The notes below the pieces were generated by a model. The model made no database searches, was not told the DNA's origin, and saw only the letters and a program-made list of their open reading frames with translations. This document shows, piece by piece, positions 8,682-17,661 of a DNA stretch of 24,312 nucleotides. Location of the stretch: positions 1 to 24,312 of IMG/VR virus record IMGVR_UViG_3300011339_000055. One strand, 5' to 3'. The stretch comes from a virus. Lineage: Duplodnaviria > Caudoviricetes. The position numbers and the translations under genes are program-made. Numbering within the stretch: the stretch's first letter is position 1; each line of letters opens with the position of its first letter.

Positions 8682-9304
8682 TGGCACTGACCACCTACAC
8701 AGAGTTAAAGGCATCAATAGCAGATTGGCTGAATCGTTCTGATTTGACAGCCACTATTCCTGACTTTATCTCTCTGGCCGAGGCGCAAATTGAGCGCACG
8801 CTGCGCACCCGTCAAATGTTGACAAGAACAACATTGACCATTGATGCAGAGTTTGAGTCAACGCAATCTGACTTTCTAGAGACTCGGGCACTAAAGTTGA
8901 CCAGCACAAATCCAGTGACGCCATTGTCTTTTATGACGATGGATGCGCTGGATGAGGAGGCAACAAAATTCACGGCCAGCGGCAGGCCAAAATTCTTTGG
9001 AGTGGTCGGCACTCAATTTCGTTTTGTGCCAACGCCGGATGCAACCTATACGGCAGAGATCGTCTACTTTGCAAAGTTGAACAAGCTGTCTGCAAGCGTG
9101 GCGACTAATTTTCTTTTGACATCAAGCCCCGACATTTATCTGTACGGCTCACTGTTGCAGGCTGCACCGTACCTGCAAGACGATGCGCGGATACAGACTT
9201 GGGCGACTCTGTACGAGCGCGGATTGAATGACTTGCAGGTGGCCGATGACCGTGGCTCGACTTCTGGCGGCAGTCTGTTGACCCGCGCAAAAACTTTTGG
9301 CTAA
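8681..9304 (+). CDS. Head-tail adaptor / tail tubular protein A-like
   Basis: 207 aa downstream of the capsid. YTELKASIADWLNRSDL, IPDFISLAEA, GRPKFF, PTPDATY, PDIYLYGSL pattern of podophage adaptors. TAATG overlap with the upstream GT. Confidence 0.78.
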   Translation: MALTTYTELKASIADWLNRSDLTATIPDFISLAEAQIERTLRTRQMLTRTTLTIDAEFESTQSDFLETRALKLTSTNPVTPLSFMTMDALDEEATKFTASGRPKFFGVVGTQFRFVPTPDATYTAEIVYFAKLNKLSASVATNFLLTSSPDIYLYGSLLQAAPYLQDDARIQTWATLYERGLNDLQVADDRGSTSGGSLLTRAKTFG

Positions 9305-9313
9305 GGATTAAAA

Positions 9314-10774
9314 ATGGCAGATACCACAACGACCAACCTATTGCTGACCAAGCCCGAGGTCGGAGCTTCGGCAAATTCTTGGGGCGGCAAGGTCAACGCA
9401 AATTTAGACTCAATTGATTCTTTGTTTGATGCTGGCCCATTGTTGAAGGTGACAAAGGGCGGCACGGGTGTTGGTACGAGTACAGGCACTGGCAACAATG
9501 TGCTTTCTACCAGCCCCACATTGGTGACGCCAGCCTTGGGCACACCTTCAGCGGCAGTGCTGACCAACGCCACAGGTCTGCCGATTTCAACGGGTGTGAG
9601 TGGCCTTGGTGCTGGCGTGGCGACTTTCTTGGCCACACCATCCAGCGCGAACTTGTCTGCTGCCGTAACGGATGAAACCGGCACTGGCGCTTTGGTGTTC
9701 ACCAATTCACCGACTTTGGTGACGCCAGCGCTTGGCACGCCATCAGCGGCTGTGCTGACCAACGCTACGGGGCTGCCTTTGACCACAGGCGTTACTGGCA
9801 TTCTGCCAGTGGCGAATGGCGGCACAGGGGCGGCTACGGGTATACCCTTGGGCACTGCGGTTACGGGAGTGCTTGCAGTCGCCAATGGCGGCACTGGACA
9901 GACCAGCTACACCGATGGGCAGCTATTGATCGGCAACAGCACCGGCAACACGCTGACCAAGGCGTCCTTGACTGCCGGCTCCGGCGTGACCATCACACCA
10001 GGTGCTGGGTCTATAAATATTGCGTTTACCGGCCCAGGCTCTGGCTCCGTGACCAGCGTGGATGTATCAGGCGGCACAACGGGCCTGACCACAAGCGGCG
10101 GCCCTGTTACAAGCGCTGGCACTGTGACCATTGCGGGGACTTTAAATGTCGCCAACGGCGGCACAGGCGCAACGAGCTTGACTGCCAACAATGTCATCTT
10201 GGGCAACGGCACATCTGCCGTGCAAGTTGTGGCCCCTGGGTCATCTGGCAATGTGCTGACAAGTAACGGCACTACATGGGCATCGACAACACCTGCCGCT
10301 GGATTTAGCACATCGGCAAACAACACTTTCACCGGCACACAAACATTCAGTGGCACATCGTCAGCCAAAGCCATTGTCTTAAACGATGCCGCTGAGGTGG
10401 CAACAGTGTCGGCAACAGCAGCCACCGGCACGATTGCATACGACATCACCACTCAGTCGGTGCTGTACTACACCAGCAACGCCAGCGCCAACTGGACTCT
10501 TAACTTCCGTGGCTCAAGCGGCACATCCCTGAACACGCTGATGGCTACCGGCGAGTCAATGACTGTGGCCTTCCTTGTAACGCAAGGCGCTACAGCCTAC
10601 TACAACAGCGCTGTGCAGGTCGATGGAACTACATCGGGTGTGACTACAAGATGGCTTGGTGGTGCGCCTACAGCGGGTAATGCCAGTGGCATTGATAGCT
10701 ACCGCTACCTGATTATCAAGACAGGCAGCGCGACCTTCACAGTCTTGGCAAGCAATACACAGTTCAAGGCCTAA
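9314..10774 (+). CDS. Tail fibre protein (Gly/Ser/Thr-rich)
   Basis: N-terminal attachment-type motif [30 protein letters not shown], repeated LxVANGGTG units, [11 protein letters not shown] motif, beta-rich C-terminal domain. AAGGA RBS. Confidence 0.82.
   Translation: MADTTTTNLLLTKPEVGASANSWGGKVNANLDSIDSLFDAGPLLKVTKGGTGVGTSTGTGNNVLSTSPTLVTPALGTPSAAVLTNATGLPISTGVSGLGAGVATFLATPSSANLSAAVTDETGTGALVFTNSPTLVTPALGTPSAAVLTNATGLPLTTGVTGILPVANGGTGAATGIPLGTAVTGVLAVANGGTGQTSYTDGQLLIGNSTGNTLTKASLTAGSGVTITPGAGSINIAFTGPGSGSVTSVDVSGGTTGLTTSGGPVTSAGTVTIAGTLNVANGGTGATSLTANNVILGNGTSAVQVVAPGSSGNVLTSNGTTWASTTPAAGFSTSANNTFTGTQTFSGTSSAKAIVLNDAAEVATVSATAATGTIAYDITTQSVLYYTSNASANWTLNFRGSSGTSLNTLMATGESMTVAFLVTQGATAYYNSAVQVDGTTSGVTTRWLGGAPTAGNASGIDSYRYLIIKTGSATFTVLASNTQFKA
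9512..9778 (+). repeat. Two 72-bp coding repeats (9512-9583, 9707-9778) encoding identical [24 protein letters not shown]
   Basis: Direct comparison: the 24-aa peptide is identical and the DNA differs only synonymously. Confidence 0.92.
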
Positions 10775-10777
10775 CCC

Positions 10778-12700
10778 ATGCCATTACAAGCAACTTCTGG
10801 TGCGGCAAGTTATGACGGCTTTGGTGGCGGGACAGCCGCCAAAGTCAATTACATTGAAGACTTTTTCCAATCTTATTTGCGGACAGGCACTGGTGCATCT
10901 GCAACTGTTACTACTGGATTAGATGGTTCTACTAAAGAAACTTTAGTATGGACAAAATCACGTTCTGCCGCTACCAACCACAAGCTGACAGACAACGTAC
11001 GTGGGGCTACTAAAGCCCTAAGTAGCAACACAACAGGCGCAGAGGCTACAGATAGCCAAGGATTGACTGCTTTTAGTGCTACTGGCTATACGATTGGTAC
11101 GAATACTGACTACAACAATAGCGGTGCAACTTATGTTGACTGGCAATGGGTAGCGCAACCAAAGTTTTTTGATATTGTGACTTATACGGGTACAAATGGG
11201 GTTCAAACAATTAATCACAATCTTGGCTCAGTACCGGGAGTGATTATTGTTAAATCCACTAGTACAGCTAGTCAGTGGAATGTATACCATCGTTCATTGG
11301 GCGCAACACAGGCTATTAAATTACAATCTACAGCAGCAGCCACATCTAGTGTAAATTTTTGGAATGATACTAACCCAACATCCACTCAGTTTACTCTCGG
11401 GGCTTCTTTTAATACATTAGGCGAAACCTATGTAGCCTACATCTTCGCCCATGACGCAGGGGGCTTTGGCCTGTCTGGTACAGACAATGTGATTTCGTGT
11501 GGGTCGTTTACTACTGATGGTAGTGGACTAGCAACAGTTAGTCTTGGCTATGAGCCGCAGTGGGTTTTATTTAAACAAACAGACGGCGTAGACAGTTGGT
11601 ATTTAAATGACATCATGCGTGGAATGTCAGTTTCTGCATCTAGCAATAATTTATCGCCTAATCTTTCTGCCGCAGAATCTGCTGGTGGCTACGATACAAA
11701 ACCAACAGCTACAGGATTTAATGCAAACTCCGGCATTGCTAACAAAAATTACATCTACATAGCCATACGCCGTGGCCCGATGAAAGTGCCTACGACTGGG
11801 ACGAGTGTGTTTGCGCCAACAACTTATACAGGAACAGGGACAGCACGTTCAGTTACAGGTCTTGGGTTTCCCCCGGACGTGGTGATGCTTGACTCAAAAT
11901 CTTTTGCCAATAACTTTACCTATGACAAGTTGCGTGGCCCAAACATTCGTTTGTTTACAAATGATACAGCCGCTGAAACTAATGATGCAAATAGGCTGAC
12001 TGCTTTTAATCAAGATGGTTATTCACTTGGTACTTTAAACCCCAATGAAAGTGGTGTTGGATACGCAAACTGGAACTTCAGACGAGCCCCATCGTTTATG
12101 GATGTCGTTTGCTACACGGGGACGGGTTCTGCAAGAACTGTGAGCCATAACCTTGCGGCAGTGCCTGAGATGATGATTGTGAAGTGTCGAGGTGACACAG
12201 GTCAATGGGCGGTGTATTCGTCTAACCTAACTGCAAGTAATTACCTGTTTCTTAATTCAACTGCTGCATCGGCCACAAACACAGCTATCTGGAACGCAAC
12301 AGCGCCAACAAGCTCGGTATTCAGTGTTGGAACTTCAGTAAACACAAACAGCAGTGGTTTTACGTTTGTTGCCTACCTCTTTGCAACGTGCGCTGGTGTA
12401 AGCAAAGTGTTCAGTTACACAGGTAACGGCTCATCACAAACAATCAACTGTGGATTCACAGGAGGAGCTAGGTTCGTTCTAATCAAGCGCACCGACTCAA
12501 CTGGTGACTGGTATGTTTGGGACACAGCTAGGGGAATCGTAGCTGGTAACGATCCACACCTTAGTCTCAACACCACAACAGCCGAAGTTACAACAGACGA
12601 CACCATTGACACAGACAACACAGGTTTTGTGGTCAACCAAGTAACAGCAACAAATGTGAATGTTTCTTCTGCAACCTACATAGGGCTTGCGGTGGCCTAG
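10778..12700 (+). CDS. Distal tail fibre / receptor-binding-like protein with six ~100-aa beta repeats (DUF7483-like)
   Basis: Recurrent (F)xxxxYTGxG...P..hhhK...W...D..RG units. Lies between the fibre and the tail chaperone. Lower GC than its neighbours. Confidence 0.7.
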   Translation: MPLQATSGAASYDGFGGGTAAKVNYIEDFFQSYLRTGTGASATVTTGLDGSTKETLVWTKSRSAATNHKLTDNVRGATKALSSNTTGAEATDSQGLTAFSATGYTIGTNTDYNNSGATYVDWQWVAQPKFFDIVTYTGTNGVQTINHNLGSVPGVIIVKSTSTASQWNVYHRSLGATQAIKLQSTAAATSSVNFWNDTNPTSTQFTLGASFNTLGETYVAYIFAHDAGGFGLSGTDNVISCGSFTTDGSGLATVSLGYEPQWVLFKQTDGVDSWYLNDIMRGMSVSASSNNLSPNLSAAESAGGYDTKPTATGFNANSGIANKNYIYIAIRRGPMKVPTTGTSVFAPTTYTGTGTARSVTGLGFPPDVVMLDSKSFANNFTYDKLRGPNIRLFTNDTAAETNDANRLTAFNQDGYSLGTLNPNESGVGYANWNFRRAPSFMDVVCYTGTGSARTVSHNLAAVPEMMIVKCRGDTGQWAVYSSNLTASNYLFLNSTAASATNTAIWNATAPTSSVFSVGTSVNTNSSGFTFVAYLFATCAGVSKVFSYTGNGSSQTINCGFTGGARFVLIKRTDSTGDWYVWDTARGIVAGNDPHLSLNTTTAEVTTDDTIDTDNTGFVVNQVTATNVNVSSATYIGLAVA

Positions 12701-12716
12701 ACTTAAAGGAATCAAA

Positions 12717-13208
12717 ATGAAAATACGAACAAATGACGGGCAAGTAATGTACGAATCAGAGTTTCGTGCGTATCAAAAAGCCAATGGTGGCCCTACATGG
12801 GATACAACAACAACTGAGGTGCTAGAAGCCTTGGGTGCTGATGTGATCTTTGAAGGCCCACAAGCAACTGGTGGCACGGTCTATCAATACTCACAAGCCG
12901 CTGGTGTTGAGCAAGTCGATGGCAAGTGGTACACCAAGTACAGCCTTGGCCCTGTGTTCATTGACCAAGTTGTAGATGGTGTAACTACGACCGCTGCCGA
13001 ACAGGAAGCTGCTTACAAGGCCATGAAGGATGCAGAGCAAGCTAAGAGTGTTCGCGCTTCCCGTGATGAAAAGCTGACAGCTACTGATTGGCGATTTCGC
13101 AGCGATATGACACCTTCACAGGCGTGGAAGGATTACTGCCAAGCACTGCGTGATGTACCATCTCAAGAAGGATTCCCATGGACAATTACTTGGCCAGCCA
13201 CACCATGA
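12717..13208 (+). CDS. Tail fibre assembly chaperone-like protein
   Basis: ATG at 12717 after AAAGGA. C-terminal VRASRDEKLTATDW...WKDYCQALRDVPSQEGFPWTITWP pattern of phage tail assembly chaperones. Confidence 0.8.
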   Translation: MKIRTNDGQVMYESEFRAYQKANGGPTWDTTTTEVLEALGADVIFEGPQATGGTVYQYSQAAGVEQVDGKWYTKYSLGPVFIDQVVDGVTTTAAEQEAAYKAMKDAEQAKSVRASRDEKLTATDWRFRSDMTPSQAWKDYCQALRDVPSQEGFPWTITWPATP

Positions 13209-13432
13209 CCGAAGATGTAACTCACCGAGAAATCTACGACAGGCTGGTGGCTGTTGAGGGTAAGGTCGATGCGCTGACTAACAGCACCAAGGATGTGACG
13301 GAGGCATTCAACGCTGCCAAAGGCGCATTCAAGGTGCTGGAGACATTGAGCAAGCTGGCCAAGCCCCTGCTGTGGCTGGGCGGCTTGTTTGTGGCGACTG
13401 TGGCTTTCTGGGATCACTTCAGAGGCCGGTAA
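13205..13432 (+). CDS. Small coiled-coil protein with one C-terminal TM helix (XhlA/holin-like)
   Basis: ATG at 13205 in ATGA overlap. DRLVAVEGKVDAL heptads, then hydrophobic PLLWLGGLFVATVAFW. Confidence 0.65.
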   Translation: MTEDVTHREIYDRLVAVEGKVDALTNSTKDVTEAFNAAKGAFKVLETLSKLAKPLLWLGGLFVATVAFWDHFRGR

Positions 13433-13926
13433 TGATTGATCCGCTAACAGCACTGGCGGGAATACAGTCGGCCATCTCGCTGGTCAAGAAGGCCGCGAAT
13501 GTCGCCAACGATCTCGGCAGCCTGGCTCCGATGATTGGCAAGCTATTTGATGCCAAGAGCGTAGCCACCAAGGCAATGCTTGAGGCCAAGCGATCTAAAA
13601 ATAAATCGAACATGGGGACTGCCCTCCAGATTGAGATGGCACTGGATCAGGCCCGTGTATTTGAGGAAGAGCTAAAAATGCTTTTCATGCAGACCGGCAA
13701 GATAGATGTCTGGAACAAGATCAAAGCCCGTCAAGCAGAGATGGACAGGGACGATGCCAAAGAAATAAGCGCACTGAAAGCCGAAGAAAAGAAGGCCAAA
13801 GAAAAAGCAGACGAGATGACCGAGATTGCTTTGGTAATAGCTATTGTTTGTTTCTTGATGTTTTTCGCCTTTTTTGGCGCAAATGAACTTATAGACTTCT
13901 GCCAAAAAACAAGAGGGTGTGTTTAA
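13432..13926 (+). CDS. Membrane-anchored coiled-coil protein (lysis-cassette associated)
   Basis: ATG at 13432 in TAATG overlap. MIDPLTALA amphipathic N-terminus, charged helical middle, C-terminal TM IALVIAIVCFLMFFAFFG, Cys-containing tail. Confidence 0.7.
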   Translation: MIDPLTALAGIQSAISLVKKAANVANDLGSLAPMIGKLFDAKSVATKAMLEAKRSKNKSNMGTALQIEMALDQARVFEEELKMLFMQTGKIDVWNKIKARQAEMDRDDAKEISALKAEEKKAKEKADEMTEIALVIAIVCFLMFFAFFGANELIDFCQKTRGCV

Positions 13927-14107
13927 TGTGTTCTCGCTACTTAAATGGTTTGATGTCGGCACTGATTGGCGACTCGGGATTGATCGCTTCATCAAGTGCT
14001 GCGCCGCTGTCCTTGCGATCAACTGGTTGCTAGACCTTCTTTACATCTTGCCGACCAGTGAGTCCAAAAAAATCATCGACTTCATAGTTTCTAAAAACCC
14101 TTTGTAG
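13919..14107 (+). CDS. Small hydrophobic protein (62 aa)
   Basis: GTG start after AGAGGG, fills the gap before the holin-like gene. One hydrophobic segment CCAAVLAINWLLDLLYIL. Confidence 0.55.
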   Translation: MFNVFSLLKWFDVGTDWRLGIDRFIKCCAAVLAINWLLDLLYILPTSESKKIIDFIVSKNPL

Positions 14108-14114
14108 GAATTTT

Positions 14115-14639
14115 ATGCTCTCACTATTCTCGACTCTTGGCGGTTTGTTGATCTCAGGCTTGCCCAAGCTGCTTGAGTATTTCCAGAACAAGGCCGACCA
14201 AAAGCATGAATTGGCACTGGCCCAAATGCAGACCGAGCGAGAGCTTCAACTGGCCGCTGCGGGGTTTGCCGCGCAAGCCCGTGTGGAAGAAATTCGCACC
14301 GAGCAGGTGGCCTTGCAGACCGAAGCTCAAATGGCCGAGGCCGAGGCTGGCATGGTGCGAGGTGCGCAAGAACACGACAAGGCAGTGTTGGAAAAAGCCT
14401 CAAGATGGGTGGCCAACTATGTGGGGACTGTTCGCCCCACGATCACCTACATTTTTGTGGTTGAACTGGTCTGCATCAATGCCTTCTTGTGCTTCTATCT
14501 CTGGCAGCATCCTGGTCTGATTACCAGCATGGACGATGTGCTGCGATACACCGACATCATCTTCAGCCCTGATGAGATGGCCATGCTGGGCGGCATCATT
14601 GGATTCTGGTTTGGCTCACGCGGCTGGGGCAAGAAATGA
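14115..14639 (+). CDS. Putative holin (3TM / GTA-holin-like)
   Basis: Hydrophobic N-terminus, KHEL coiled region, VRPTITY before a TM helix, terminal IIGFWFGSR. ATGA overlap with the endolysin. AGGA RBS. Confidence 0.68.
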   Translation: MLSLFSTLGGLLISGLPKLLEYFQNKADQKHELALAQMQTERELQLAAAGFAAQARVEEIRTEQVALQTEAQMAEAEAGMVRGAQEHDKAVLEKASRWVANYVGTVRPTITYIFVVELVCINAFLCFYLWQHPGLITSMDDVLRYTDIIFSPDEMAMLGGIIGFWFGSRGWGKK

Positions 14640-15139
14640 AATTGAGCAAAGCCGGTGCTGATTTGATGCATCGCTTTGAAGGCTGTAGGAGTAAGCCCTA
14701 CCTGTGTCCAGCCAACATCTGGACTATCGGGTACGGGCATGTGCTGTATCAAGGTCAGATCAATTTGCCAATGGTGCGTAAAGAAGGCTACGCTGGTCTA
14801 ATCCGTAGTGAGCATCCATTGCAATCGGAGGATAACCGTGCTTGGACAAAAGAAGAAATCAATTCGTTATTCGCAAATGATGTACAAAATTTTGAGCGTG
14901 GTGTTTTACGACTTGTTCCCAATTGTGCTGGGCATCAAGGCCGCTTTGACGCTCTGGTCTCTTTTGCCTTTAACGCTGGATTAGGAAACCTTCAGCGCAG
15001 CACGATCCGAATGAAGGCCAATAGAGACGATTGGGAGGGCGCAGCAGAGGCTTTTATGGCTTGGACTAAGGGCGGGGGCAAAGTACTGCCTGGGCTTGTC
15101 AAGCGCCGTGTGGCCGAAAAAGAGTTGTTTTTATCTTGA
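14636..15139 (+). CDS. Endolysin, GH24 phage lysozyme
   Basis: FEG...Y.C....WTIGYGH (E-X8-C-X5-T triad), FDALVSFAFNAG, W..GGGKVLPGLVKRRVAEKELF. Confidence 0.95.
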   Translation: MKLSKAGADLMHRFEGCRSKPYLCPANIWTIGYGHVLYQGQINLPMVRKEGYAGLIRSEHPLQSEDNRAWTKEEINSLFANDVQNFERGVLRLVPNCAGHQGRFDALVSFAFNAGLGNLQRSTIRMKANRDDWEGAAEAFMAWTKGGGKVLPGLVKRRVAEKELFLS

Positions 15140-15157
15140 CTGATCAATAATCATGCT

Positions 15158-15814
15158 ATGGCCAACAAGAAGCAACAATTAGAAGTCCCGTCAATTCCCA
15201 GCTTGGGGTTTGCTCCAGAGGCGTATGAGCGCCGGTATGTTTCTGAGGTCAATGGCGCATTGAACGGCTACTTTAGAAACCTGATCAGCACGCTGAGTGC
15301 GCTGTTCGGGATCAGGGGCGGCAAGTTCTTGAACAACCCGCATGGGGCTTTTCAAGACTCAACCGACCAGGTGGCGGCCAACACCACAACAGCCTATGCC
15401 GTCACATTTAATACGACAGACTTCAGCAACGGCGTGACGATGGCCAGTGGCTCTAGGATCACTGTGGCCGACAGTGGGATCTGGAACATACAATTTTCCA
15501 TTCAGTTTACAAATACGACCAATACTACGCAAGATGTGGATATTTGGTTTCGCGTCAATGGCACAAATTCAGCAAACTCAAACAGCAGGTTTGGATTTGC
15601 ACCGAGAAAAGCTGTTGGCGACCCGTACCACACCATTGCGGCCATGAATTATTTTTTGACATTGAATGCAAATGACTATGTTGAAATTATGTGGAGGCCA
15701 ACCGATGTCGGCGTTACGATTGAGCAGTATGCTGCCGGAACAAGTCCAACACGACCAGCAGTGCCATCGGCCATTGCGACAATCAGCTTTGTGTCCAACC
15801 TACCGACAATCTAA
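15158..15814 (+). CDS. Tail needle/spike-like protein with C-terminal C1q/TNF-like jelly-roll
   Basis: Short helical N-terminus followed by GAF...VTFNT...ITVADSGIWNIQFSIQF...WFRVNG...LNANDYVEI strand pattern. Adjacent to the hub gene. Confidence 0.55.
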   Translation: MANKKQQLEVPSIPSLGFAPEAYERRYVSEVNGALNGYFRNLISTLSALFGIRGGKFLNNPHGAFQDSTDQVAANTTTAYAVTFNTTDFSNGVTMASGSRITVADSGIWNIQFSIQFTNTTNTTQDVDIWFRVNGTNSANSNSRFGFAPRKAVGDPYHTIAAMNYFLTLNANDYVEIMWRPTDVGVTIEQYAAGTSPTRPAVPSAIATISFVSNLPTI

Positions 15815-15816
15815 TC

Positions 15817-17295
15817 ATGTACATACCCATCAAACTACCTCCAGGCGTCTACCGCAACGGCACTGAATATCAGTCTGCTGGGCGGTGGCACGATGCCAAC
15901 CTTGTGCGCTGGTACGAGAACACACTGCGGCCCGTCAACGGCTGGAGGGCAAGGTCGGCATCAACTGTGACCGGCGCTTGCAGGGCGATCATCACTTGGC
16001 GGGACAATTCGGCCAATTCGTACATCGGCCTCGGCACTCACTCCAAGCTGTTTGCAATGAATAATTTGGGCGTTTTGAAGGACATCACGCCAACCGGATT
16101 CACAACTGGTTTTATTGACTCACTGAGCACCACGGGCTACGGCAAAAACCTTTACGGCAGCTTTGCCTACGGCGTGCCACGACCAGACACTGGATCGGCA
16201 GAAATAGCCACCACTTGGAGCCTTGACACTTGGGGCGAGTACTTGGTGGGTTGCTCTGACTACGATGGCAAGATTTACGAGTGGCAGCTTGGCTTTACAA
16301 CGCCAACACTGGCCGCACCAATCACCAATGCACCGACCAGCAACAAGGCTATTCTTGTGACCGCAGAGCGGTTCCTGTTTGCCCTTGGCGCCGGTGGAAA
16401 CCCTCGCAAAGTCCAGTGGTGCGACCAAGAGAACAATACCCTTTGGACGCCAGCAACAGACAACTTGGCCGGTGACTATGAACTGACAAGCTCTGGCAGT
16501 CTGATGGCCGGCAAGAGGGTCAAGGGCATCAACCTGCTATTTACCGATGTCGATGTCCACACGGCGCAATATGTTGGTGCGCCATTTGTCTACGGCTTTG
16601 AGAAGGCTGGCTCTGGCTGCGGCTTGATTTCTGCCCAAGCGGTGGCGGCCATTGATACGGCGGCGATCTGGATGAGCAAATCTGGCTTCTGGATTTATGA
16701 CGGCTACGCCAAGCCGCTGCCCTGCGATGTGTCTGATTATGTTTTCAACAACATCAACTTAGACCAACGGGCAAAGGTGCATGCTGTGCACAACAGCAAA
16801 TTCGGTGAGATTTGGTGGTTCTACCCAAGCAACGCTGGCATTGAGAACGACTCTTATGTGACCTACAACTACCGCGAAGGCCATTGGGCCATCGGCACAT
16901 TGGCAAGGTTAGCAGGCACTGACGCTGGCGTTTTCACCTTGCCATTGATGGTGGATGCCGCCGGCGAGGTGAACGAGCATGAAGTCGGGTTTGACTACGA
17001 TGGCGCCACACTCTTTGCTGAGTCTGGGCCGATACAGATTGGCAACGGCGACAATATTATGAGTATTCGTGAGGTTATACCGGACGAGCAGACCTTGGGC
17101 GAGGCGACAGTGTCGTTTAAGACTAGGCTCTACCCAACGGGGGCAGAGTCCACATTCGGGCCATACACGGCAGCCAACCCGACATCTGTCAGGTTTTCTG
17201 GCCGGCAGGTCAACATGAAGGTGACGGGTGATGTGTTGGCAGATTGGCGCATCGGGGTGATGCGGCTGGATGCGGTGGCCAGCGGCAAGAGATGA
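15817..17295 (+). CDS. Tail hub/nozzle protein (P22 gp10 / T7 gp12-like beta-propeller)
   Basis: 492 aa, beta-rich. LPPGV N-terminus, VQWCDQEN..W, GCGLIS, IWMSKSGFWIYDG, EIWWFYPS, YVTYNY..GHW, RFSGRQ. Position precedes the GNAT-like and ejection genes. Confidence 0.75.
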   Translation: MYIPIKLPPGVYRNGTEYQSAGRWHDANLVRWYENTLRPVNGWRARSASTVTGACRAIITWRDNSANSYIGLGTHSKLFAMNNLGVLKDITPTGFTTGFIDSLSTTGYGKNLYGSFAYGVPRPDTGSAEIATTWSLDTWGEYLVGCSDYDGKIYEWQLGFTTPTLAAPITNAPTSNKAILVTAERFLFALGAGGNPRKVQWCDQENNTLWTPATDNLAGDYELTSSGSLMAGKRVKGINLLFTDVDVHTAQYVGAPFVYGFEKAGSGCGLISAQAVAAIDTAAIWMSKSGFWIYDGYAKPLPCDVSDYVFNNINLDQRAKVHAVHNSKFGEIWWFYPSNAGIENDSYVTYNYREGHWAIGTLARLAGTDAGVFTLPLMVDAAGEVNEHEVGFDYDGATLFAESGPIQIGNGDNIMSIREVIPDEQTLGEATVSFKTRLYPTGAESTFGPYTAANPTSVRFSGRQVNMKVTGDVLADWRIGVMRLDAVASGKR

Positions 17296-17660
17296 GCGAC
17301 CAAGAGCATTTGGAAAGGCTGCGCCAGCATGTCGAGGCTGCTTTAGAATACTCTGGAGGCACACATAATTTTGACGATGTTGCCGAGATGGTTCGGGATA
17401 ACAGACTGCAACTGTGGCCGGCCCGAAACTCGGTAGTGTTGACAGAGATCATTGTCTATCCGCGACTCAAGAATTTGCATTACTTCTTGGCTGGTGGCGA
17501 CCTAGATGAACTCTCAAGGATGCGAACAATGATCGAATCCTGGGGCAAGTCATTGGGCTGCACCAGAGTGACTTTGGCAGGCCGCAAGGGCTGGGCAAAG
17601 ACATTTTTAAAAGATGAGGGCTACAGTCCACAGTGGTCTGTACTAGCAAAGGAGTTGTGA
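17292..17660 (+). CDS. GNAT-like virion morphogenesis protein (P22 gp14 / T7 gp13 positional analogue)
   Basis: ATG at 17292 in ATGA overlap. 122 aa with LHYFLAGG, WGKSLGCTRVTLAGRKGW and GY motifs. Syntenic position between hub and ejection genes. Confidence 0.6.
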   Translation: MSDQEHLERLRQHVEAALEYSGGTHNFDDVAEMVRDNRLQLWPARNSVVLTEIIVYPRLKNLHYFLAGGDLDELSRMRTMIESWGKSLGCTRVTLAGRKGWAKTFLKDEGYSPQWSVLAKEL

Positions 17661-17661
17661 C

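Noticed and set aside
1332-17291. Upstream starts in the ORF track at 1332, 2573, 12687, 13178, 13372 and 17244
   Set aside because: Each gives a long overlap with the previous gene. Downstream starts (1407, 2717, 12717, 13205, 13432, 17292) have an RBS or a stop/start overlap.
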